Below are positions 1-6,369 of a DNA stretch of 9,391 bases, piece after piece. The position numbers and the translations under genes were made by a program. Origin of the DNA: Zygophlyctis sp. KS116 (lineage: Eukaryota > Fungi > Chytridiomycota). Position 1 is the first letter of the stretch; each line of letters begins with the position of its first letter. The notes under the pieces were generated by a model that did not search any database, was not told where the DNA came from, and saw nothing but the letters and a program-made list of their open reading frames with translations. The stretch spans positions 1 through 9,391 of the forward strand of contig BAAFSQ010000349.1 in assembly GCA_054661495.1 (NCBI GenBank). Direction: 5' to 3'.

Positions 1-109
1 CAAATAACGCAACAACAAACAATATAAGTGGGAACTTTTGAACTATAAAATAACTAATAAAAATGTCTGACTTAGATTAGTGCTACCTGTTTGTTTTGCG
101 TTAAGATGT

Positions 110-523
110 CGAGGTTTCAGGATCATATTTCTATGTTTGACAGGGTCTGATTCATATATTAATATGTCATCCAGGTATGCATAAAGACCTCTACCAATCA
201 AGTCCTGGAGAATCGTATCCATAGATTTCTGAAAGTGTCCTGGGGCGTTCTTTAATCCCAATGGGATCACATTATACATAAATTTGCCAAATTTGGAAAC
301 AAAAGAAGTTGATAATATTAGGTAGGATAGCTTGAATTAGTAACCCTAAGAATCAGTAATCTTATTTAGTTCTCTATAGTCGATACAAAGTCTTAAAGAC
401 ACATCTGGTTTTTTAACAAAAAGGACTGGGCAGCCGCCATCAGCATTAGAGACTGACATATTTCATGATTCCAACCCATCGTTCAAAGCTTTTCGAAGTG
501 CGTCTTCCTCTTTGGATGAAAGC
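110..523 (-). pseudogene. pol: Reverse transcriptase remnant of element A
   Basis: Manual translation gives [55 protein letters not shown], then a disrupted segment, then TSFVSKFGKFMYNVIPLGLKNAPGHFQKSMD...YAYLDDILIY (YLDD at 177-166). These are Ty3/gypsy RT motifs. Similarity ends near 110. Confidence 0.95.
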
Positions 524-544
524 TTAGGGTCTAACCCTAAATGT

Positions 545-625
545 CCCAAAGCTCCAGTATCTACTAATCCTTCCAATTGGTGTCCAGAAACTTCAATCTG
601 GGTTAATATTGGTCGGCATATTGGA
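545..625 (-). pseudogene. Retropepsin (aspartic protease) remnant of element A
   Basis: PILTQIEVSGHQLEGLVDTGA (DTGA at 561-550). It is fused almost directly to the RT N-terminus, so the rest of the protease is deleted. Confidence 0.85.
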
Positions 626-699
626 GAATTCACGGTTAATAAAATGCAATAAGGAGAAGAATCTGCTCTATTTCCAGAAATTTCGTCAAACTTTTTGTT

Positions 700-1195
700 T
701 TTGATTTTGCATATAGAGTTTTCTTGGTGACCGAATTCAACATAATCTCGGCAAACTAAACAACATTTCAACTTGAGTAGAGTTTCCTTTAAAATCGAAC
801 ATTTTTCTCCTTCTAAGCTTTTCCATTTTATTTCGGAGCCTAATTAAAAATATATCCCTGAGATCCAATTTCACATCAGCATTCAAAGTTTTTATGACAC
901 TCTCAATCCCGAAATCCGAGTAAACGTCGAGGCCAGCCTGAATATTCAAAGATTCAGCATCTGCTAAGTGATTAGCCTACCCCTAAAAACTGTTCAACTA
1001 GAAGAGAATGCATGGAAATCACGCTATTCAGTTACATGGTAGTGACGAGATCTATCACGCAGGGCCTGATACCAAACTTTAGCACTACCAGAGAGAAGAC
1101 TAGACACAAAAGTAATCTTGGCGTATTTATAGAGAAGTTCCCAGGGGGAGTGTGAGTAGGATCCGAGAAAGACATTAGTTTGCACTTCAAAAAAC
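700..1195 (-). pseudogene. gag: gag remnant of element A (mostly missed by the ORF track)
   Basis: Manual translation from 1122 downward gives AKITFVSSLLSGSAKVWYQALRDR, the retrotransposon capsid L-x-G-x-A-x-x-W motif. A degenerate zinc knuckle (RLC...GHQENSIC) lies near 700-750. Confidence 0.75.
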
Positions 1196-1225
1196 TAATA
1201 TATATTTCTTCAAAACTATTAGGAG

Positions 1226-1236
1226 GTACTTTTTAA
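1226..1236 (-). other. Self-priming-type primer binding site of element A
   Basis: Minus-strand TTAAAAAGTAC begins 2 nt after the LTR end and is the exact complement of GTACTTTTTAA at 1296-1286. There is no TGG tRNA-type PBS here. Confidence 0.7.
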
Positions 1237-1982
1237 AATGTAACGGTCTTAGTGAAATAAGAGTAACAACCAAAAATACTTTGTATTAAAAAGTACAAGG
1301 GGTTACCTAACCTAACCCTACAAAAGATCCCTAGGTCCAAGTAAGCCTCCATAAGCAACAAGACTCGATCACTAATTCCGTTTACTTGAGTCCTTAATCT
1401 TTCAAAGCTCTCCACATAACTCGCCACTGATCCTTTTTGACAGAGTTTCTCCAACTTATCCATCACTGTTCTTTGATGATCCAGAGGATAAAAAGAAATC
1501 TTTAATTCCTTTGTAAAGTCTTTCCACCCTTCAACTTTCTCTTTGAGTTGGTCGGACCGATTTGTCCACCAATCCCTTGCTGACCCTCCAAGATAAAACA
1601 CAGCAAAGTCTACCAACTCCATTCCTTCAGATAACCCAAAATATCTCGCATATCTTTCAATTTGATCCACCCATGCGTTTATCTCCAATGCATCTCTTTT
1701 CCCTTTATAGAATTCCGGCTTAGGAGGCTTGACCACAAATTTCTTGCTAGCTCCACCATTCTCACCAATTCTATTTCTCCCAGCTTCTCCTTGCAGTTCT
1801 TCAATCTTCAGCTGTTGAGCTGCAATCGTTTCTTGACCGGACGCAACTGCTTTCATCAATTCATCCATTCTCATCCGCTGTTCTTCCAATGCCACATGCT
1901 GATTAGTAGCTGCAGCCATCAACTCATTTTGAGTTGTTAAAAGTTTGTTGATCAAATCGTTGTTCATTTCATTGTTACTCAT
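1233..1982 (-). CDS. gag: Ty3/gypsy Gag of element B. About the first 205 aa are genuine; the C-terminal ~42 aa read through element A's LTR.
   Basis: N-terminal coiled coil, then KPPKPEFYKGKRD...WVDQIERY, YLGGSARDWW, WKDFTKELKISF and LCQKGSVASYVESFERL (major-homology-region-like Q-x-GSV-x-x-Y-x-x-x-F). Confidence 0.92.
   Translation of the reverse strand: MSNNEMNNDLINKLLTTQNELMAAATNQHVALEEQRMRMDELMKAVASGQETIAAQQLKIEELQGEAGRNRIGENGGASKKFVVKPPKPEFYKGKRDALEINAWVDQIERYARYFGLSEGMELVDFAVFYLGGSARDWWTNRSDQLKEKVEGWKDFTKELKISFYPLDHQRTVMDKLEKLCQKGSVASYVESFERLRTQVNGISDRVLLLMEAYLDLGIFCRVRLGNPLYFLIQSIFGCYSYFTKTVTF
1239..1360 (-). repeat. 5' LTR remnant of element A
   Basis: Ends in GTTACA next to the PBS and has an AATACA poly(A)-like signal at 1287-1282. 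A possible TGTTG start is at 1360 (uncertain). The partner LTR is not in the window. Confidence 0.55.
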
Positions 1983-1989
1983 TGTTTTT

Positions 1990-2000
1990 CCAAGCTACCA
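1990..2000 (-). other. Primer binding site of element B, tRNA-iMet type
   Basis: TGGTAGCTTGG lies 2 nt after the LTR terminal CA. It is complementary to a tRNA ending CCAAGCU-A-CCA, and GCUACCA is the typical 3' end of fungal and animal initiator tRNA. Confidence 0.8.
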
Positions 2001-2002
2001 GA

Positions 2003-2171
2003 TGTTATTCTCAAAGTAAAGTTAAGTCTGATTCTGTTTATTCAGGTAAAGAATCTATTTATAAACTGCTATTTTAAGATGTGTTCAGAAATAGAATTCC
2101 TAAAATAACTATCTGATTGAATCGGTAAATCAGATCATGACTTACAGTCTAATGTTAGTCGTAATTTAACA
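2003..2171 (-). repeat. 5' LTR of element B (169 bp)
   Basis: Termini are TGTTA...TAACA. Minus-strand TATAAATA (2063-2056) and AATAAA (2042-2037) are present, and the LTR is followed by the PBS. The outer end is inferred from the terminal inverted repeat only. Confidence 0.8.
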
Positions 2172-2180
2172 GCAGAAGAT

Positions 2181-2255
2181 GGTTTCATAGTGTAGTTGGT
2201 TCATCACGTGAGCTTTACACGCTCAAGGTCCTGGGTTCGAGCCCCAGTGAAACCA
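2181..2255 (+). tRNA. tRNA-Val-TAC: tRNA-Val (anticodon TAC), intronless
   Basis: Acceptor stem GGTTTCA/TGAAACC plus discriminator A. Anticodon stem TGAGC/GCTCA with loop TTTACAC (TAC at 2216-2218). T arm CTGGG-TTCGAGC-CCCAG. A box 2188-2199, B box 2234-2244. Confidence 0.97.
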
Positions 2256-2267
2256 TTTTACTTTTTT
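2256..2267 (+). terminator. Pol III oligo-T terminator
   Basis: TTTTACTTTTTT immediately follows the tRNA. Confidence 0.85.
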
Positions 2268-2556
2268 AGTCAAACTGATGGCGCCTATTCCTTCCTCAAA
2301 CAGACCTCAACAGGTAGTTTGTTTACTTAATAATAGACATAAAGAGCTAATGACAACCTCAGAAGATTCAAAGTTGATTACTAAGAGGTCAAGAGAAAAG
2401 TGAAAATGAGGGAGAAGCGTTTACGAATTATCAACCATTCAGAGTGGAAGGGAATTTAACTGAAAATACACACTATTATACGATACATTTTGGTTGTAAG
2501 TAGTTGGATCAGTGATCAAGACAATAAACAAGTTTTAGGTTGGAAATATATCTGAT

Positions 2557-2862
2557 GTGATACATGTTTCTGAATTTAAACACAATCCGGTATCAGATAT
2601 ACAATTAATAAAATCTGGCTATGATCAGTATATTTCTAAAAATCTTAACTTTCTAATGTCGTCTAGGAAATACAATCCCTTCTATGGATTTTTGGAATTT
2701 GATAATAGTATTATTCATTCTGCGTGTCTTAGCCGATTGGAAACTGATGAAAAATATCAGATTTCTCACTACATAGAAAGCTGGGACATGTCAATAATCA
2801 AACAATTAAAGGAATTTGAAGTACTTACTATGAAGATAACATTGAATGTGAAGCCTGTTTAA
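2557..2862 (+). other. Unassigned 101-codon open frame
   Basis: Open frame in AT-rich DNA with a GTG start in the track. No motif recognised. It may be a TE gene fragment. Confidence 0.2.
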
Positions 2863-3289
2863 GAGCAAAAATGAAGCGCTCGAGAAAAAAACGTTCTGAT
2901 AGGAAATATGATGTTCTAAAGCTCTTGGAGTCAGGTAAGGTTAATTATAGTGAAACCATTCCGAAAAGAAAATCTGAAAACAGATGGAGTTCTGGTGTAT
3001 TTTCAGATTATTTTTTATTCTAATACTTAAGTCTAACACTGTTGACCTCAATCTTCTCGACACAAGTATAGATCGCATGAGCATCGTGGTTCAGTTGAAA
3101 GTTACATTGATCTTTTTAGTTAATATGTATAACAGGAAGGCCATTGAAGCTCAAAGAAAGCTGGATACTGATAGTTTTTCTCTCTAATCTACAAATCTCC
3201 ATTAAAACAGGATTTGAAAGGTCGTCCTCTGTTAAGAAATAATTAGGCAATTCAAGTTAGAGAAGGAGGACCACGCAATAATTTGATGG

Positions 3290-3450
3290 GTGTCAGGAGT
3301 CGAACTTGAACACTTAAGGGGTAATGCCCACTGCTTCCTTGAAGGTACATTTAAAGCAGCATCTACCGGATACTATCAATTTCTTGTACTAAGAACCTGT
3401 AAAGCAAGTAGGCGCATATATTGCACGTCTGCTTTTGCACTGTTGACTGG
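3290..3450 (+). pseudogene. Mutator/MULE transposase, 5' half of the DDE domain (remnant may extend left to ~2870)
   Basis: HCFLEGTFKAASTGYYQFLVL...SAFALLTG matches the MULE DGTFK...YQ...FALL motif, with the first catalytic D changed to E. Confidence 0.85.
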
Positions 3451-3555
3451 TATAGAGATTTGGCTTATAATTCAAGAAACAGATAAATACTTTAAAACCT
3501 AACCTTAACACTAACCATTCGTTAGCCAATAATCTACAACCCCTAGTCTCCAACA
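3451..3555 (-). repeat. 3' LTR of element C (105 bp, internally deleted)
   Basis: Starts with TGTTG directly after the PPT. 3451-3491 matches 5954-5994 at 40/41, and 3519-3540 matches 6122-6143 at 19/22. Confidence 0.85.
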
Positions 3556-3567
3556 TCACCCCCCACC
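3556..3567 (-). other. Polypurine tract of element C
   Basis: GGTGGGGGGTGA lies immediately before the TGTTG LTR start. Confidence 0.85.
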
Positions 3568-3754
3568 AAACGGCTGGAAGCGTCTAATTATGGGACATAT
3601 CTGGAGTAAAACCTCTGTGAGGGAAAAACCATGATATTTCGTGAGTTTGGTAAATCATTGTTTGACAAACAACTTTATACGTTTGTGCCCATGAGCATTA
3701 TCCAACGAAACTTCTTTAAAGGGCGGATTCCGTTGAACAACCTTAGTCTCCTTC

Positions 3755-4789
3755 TTAGACTTCCAATACGTTTGGATAATTAAAATTCTCTTCCAAAATC
3801 CAGCTGGGTTTTGGGTCTTTCCACTTCACAAAATAATAATAGTTGACGAGATCCGATTTCTTGTGATCTAAGACTCTATCTACCACTGCAGATTGATCAA
3901 AATTCATCATGGGTGAAACTGCCTTTAAAACACTTCCCGGTCTTTTGTACTCTGTGCCATCGGGTCCTGCCAATACGTATGCCCCTCCAGTATTCCTTTT
4001 AATCACTTTCAATGGTCCAACATACGCCGGTGAAGCCTTGTTCGGTCTTAATCCATCCTTGGCCATGACAAGAGATCCTTCCGGGAATTAATCAGAGCTT
4101 ATGATTCTATGACTCTTCGCAAAGTCCTTTGCTTTTTGAGTGTTCTTGTCGTTTATGTTTTCCCTTATAGCTGGATACACCACATCACAAAGATATCTTA
4201 AGCGAGCAACAATTTGCTCTTGAGATAGAGGATCAGATATCGCGTATTCCGAAAAATAGTTGAGACTACCTCCAAATAATAGCAAAGCTGAGATTTTCGA
4301 ATTTGTAAAGAATTAAGCAGCAGGTACATATTTATCCCATCTATCCCTAACACCATTGGCTTCGTAGCCGCTGCGGTGTGATTAAACTTTTCCGCTAAAC
4401 CAGTAGCACTTGAATGATAAGCAGTGATCATTCTGCGTTCAAGCTATTCGAGAATTGCTGATTAATTTTCGATACAAATTCCTTTCCATTATCACTCTGC
4501 AGGATTTTTTGAAATCCAACTTGACAGAAAATATGAAATAATGCTGAACTCACCGTTGTTGACTTCTTATTTTTTAAGGGCTGGAGAAATACAAATCTAG
4601 TTACCAACACGAGTAAATACTTGCAATTGTTCCTGGAGGGTGGCATTGATCTAATGGCAGTTCCGCTACGATTGATTTAAGAGGGTGGGATCCATGTCTG
4701 CCAGTATTATACCGCTGACAATCTACACACATTTTTACCGATTCTGAGGCTTCCTTACGCATTGTAGGCCAGTAAACTCCTCTGTACAT
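3755..4789 (-). pseudogene. pol: Integrase with GPY/F motif and C-terminal chromodomain (frameshifted)
   Basis: Zinc-binding YWPTMRKEA...CVDCQRYN; core KYLLVLV-TRFVFLQPL, ILQSDNGKEF and TAYHSSATGLAEKFN; YVGPLKVI; chromodomain VVDRVLDHK...YYYFVKWK...SWILEENF (~3758-3889). Confidence 0.95.
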
Positions 4790-4829
4790 AGGATTTTTGG
4801 TGTAAACAAGGTAAATTTTGATCCAGAGA

Positions 4830-5057
4830 TATAGTACTCAAAATGTTTAAAGAAAAAAATATGGCTAACAACTCTCTATGAGTTGCGCCATATTTCCTTT
4901 CACTTGTTTTTAGACTCCTACTGGCAAATGAGATGTATCTCGGTTTTTTAAGATCATCTAACTGGTAAAGAGCACCTCCAATACCATTTCCACTGGCAGC
5001 AGTAGCCACACAAAAAGGTTTGTTGAAGTTTGGATAATGTAACATTATATCAGACAA
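4830..5057 (-). pseudogene. pol: RNase H remnant of element C
   Basis: LHYPNFNKPFCVATAASGNGIGGALYQ...ISFASRSLKTSERKYGATHRELLAI. The catalytic TDAS motif is mutated to TAAS. Confidence 0.93.
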
Positions 5058-5099
5058 TAGAATTTCTTTAAGAGTCTGGTAGATTTGAGCATGCTGACT

Positions 5100-5710
5100 A
5101 TTATTAAATGTTTTGAGATGATCTTAGCCGATCAAGAGGCTCTGTTATTTTTGAATACAAAGGTACTAAGTCTCTGAAATAATTAAAGAATCACAACTGA
5201 CTAAACAAATGTTTGTGAGTAGAAGAAGGAGACCAATTCTTCATGACCAGTAATTTTTCTTTTGCCAATTTTATATTTTATACGGTCCCTGCTAATTCTT
5301 TAACCCAGAACAAATATCCCTGATTTTGCAAAAAGGCATTTCTTTATATTTACTTTTAGATTGTCAGAGTTAAGAATATCGAAGACTTCCGCCAAGTGAT
5401 TCATATGCAATTCTTTGTCACTTGAATGGATAATCAAATCATCAATGAATATTTTTACGAAAGGTAAGTGCGCTAATATGGTCAGCATAATTTTTTGAAA
5501 AACTGAAGATATCAATTTGATCCCAAAAGGGACTCCTACAAAACAGTATTGAGTACCATTCCAAGTAAATGTCATCTTTATTTGATCTGTTTCCTTTAAT
5601 CTAATTTGATTGAAGGAGCTTTTGAGATCCAACCTTAAGTAAATGACTGAGTTACTCAGGGATTCTAAGACATCCTTGACAGGGGGAAGCGGATAATTAA
5701 CTGATATTAG
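5100..5710 (-). pseudogene. pol: Reverse transcriptase remnant of element C
   Basis: NYPLPPVKDVLESL...LDLKSSFNQI...TFTWNGTQY...PFGIK...FQKIM...IFIDDLIIHS (FIDD at 5449-5438)...KKCLFA...VLG. Confidence 0.95.
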
Positions 5711-5730
5711 TATCTACCATGTTTTTCAGC

Positions 5731-5931
5731 CTAATTCAGTGCATTTGTTGCCACAGTTATAGCTGATCTGGGAGTAACTTCTATCTCCCTTAATCTTAAG
5801 AACTCTAGTTGCTTTGTCATGACATCCATCGAAGCCATTTTTGCAGCCATCTTAAAACTTTCAATCTGTTGTTCATTCATTTGAACATCGGCGGCTTCGC
5901 CTACTGATAATCCTAATCCAGCTTGAGACAT
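5731..5931 (-). pseudogene. Probable N-terminus of element C ORF1 (gag), truncated by deletion
   Basis: The ATG lies 9 nt after the PBS and inside the LTR pair. The assignment is positional only. Confidence 0.6.
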
Positions 5932-5940
5932 TATGATAAT

Positions 5941-5950
5941 TCAATTAGTA
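5941..5950 (-). other. Self-priming-type PBS of element C
   Basis: Minus-strand TACTAATTGA begins 3 nt after the LTR end and is the exact complement of TCAATTAGTA at 6000-5991 inside the LTR. Confidence 0.7.
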
Positions 5951-5953
5951 AAA

Positions 5954-6144
5954 TATAGAGATTTGGCTTATAATTCAAGAAACTGATAAATACTAATTGA
6001 TTCTCGCTTTCAGCAAGAAACAAAAACCCCTCTTAGGTAAGCCAAAGTCTATCAAAGATGACAACCCACTTCGGTCCTTCTCCTAACCACTGATTCCTCG
6101 TGTTAACATTTACTCCTCTCCTCGTAAGCCACTAATTTACAACA
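5954..6144 (-). repeat. 5' LTR of element C (191 bp)
   Basis: Starts TGTTG at 6144 and ends CTCTATA at 5954. Two blocks are shared with 3451-3555. Confidence 0.85.
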
Positions 6145-6369
6145 TCTGGTAAAAAGACACGGTTATATCTAAAGTTTCTCTCTATGATACAGCAGTTATT
6201 GGAATACGAATGGGCACCACTATATTTTACCTGTGATTATAAAAAATCACTTCTTAATGCAGTTCATCTAGTTCTTCCGAAGACTCGAGTTGTAGGCTGC
6301 TTTTTCCACTTTATGCAAGCTGTCTATGGTAAAATGGAAAAGGCGTGTGTAAAAAATTATTGGAATTGA
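6145..6369 (+). pseudogene. Mutator/MULE transposase, 3' half of the DDE domain
   Basis: SGKKTRLY...PLYFTCDYKKSLLNAVHLVLPKTRVVGCFFHFMQAV contains the second catalytic D (D-F/Y-E-like) and the MULE CxxH motif. Truncated after about 6345-6369. Confidence 0.9.

Larger units (their letters stand above)
110..1360 (-). mobile_element. Element A: decayed Ty3/gypsy (Tf1/sushi-like) LTR retrotransposon, 5' portion
   Basis: On the minus strand, in order: LTR end GTTACA (1244-1239), gag motif, DTGA protease, RT with YLDD. Many stops and deletions. Both boundaries are approximate. Confidence 0.85.
1361..2171 (-). mobile_element. Element B: 3'-truncated Ty3/gypsy LTR retrotransposon (5' LTR, PBS, gag)
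   Basis: LTR, 2-nt spacer, PBS, 7 nt and gag ATG occur in canonical order. Gag similarity stops at about 1361-1370. Confidence 0.9.
3451..6144 (-). mobile_element. Element C: internally deleted chromovirus (Ty3/gypsy) with two LTRs
   Basis: Order is LTR, PBS, gag start, RT, RNase H, integrase, chromodomain, PPT, LTR. Flanks ACTGG (3446-3450) and TCTGG (6145-6149) match as a TSD at 4/5. The flanking MULE frame rejoins when the element is removed. Confidence 0.93.

Noticed and set aside
1031-1131. Apparent PBS motifs (TGGTATCAG, TGGTAGTG), an 8-bp inverted repeat and a TATA box suggesting another LTR
   Set aside because: The stretch translates as the gag motif LSGSAKVWYQAL, so the motifs are coincidental codons.
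1662-1940. 92-aa plus-strand ORF
   Set aside because: Antisense shadow of element B gag, with no recognisable motif.
2253-2255. Encoded CCA suggesting a bacterial or organellar tRNA
   Set aside because: The CC belongs to the acceptor stem and the A is the discriminator. The oligo-T terminator and context indicate a nuclear Pol III gene.
2949-2960. AGTGAAACCATT duplicates the tRNA 3' end (2246-2257), like an att site
   Set aside because: Only 12 bp, with no tyrosine recombinase nearby. Compatible with chance.
3441-3445. TGTTG as a canonical inverted LTR end pairing with CAACA at 3551-3555
   Set aside because: It encodes MULE codons (ALLTG), is absent from the other LTR and gives no TSD. The 3451 boundary explains all three observations.
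3909-4091. 60-aa plus-strand ORF
   Set aside because: Antisense shadow of the integrase.
3755-5632. Programmed frameshifting or an alternative genetic code explaining the split pol ORFs
   Set aside because: The breaks coincide with missing conserved residues and mutated catalytic sites, which indicates decay.
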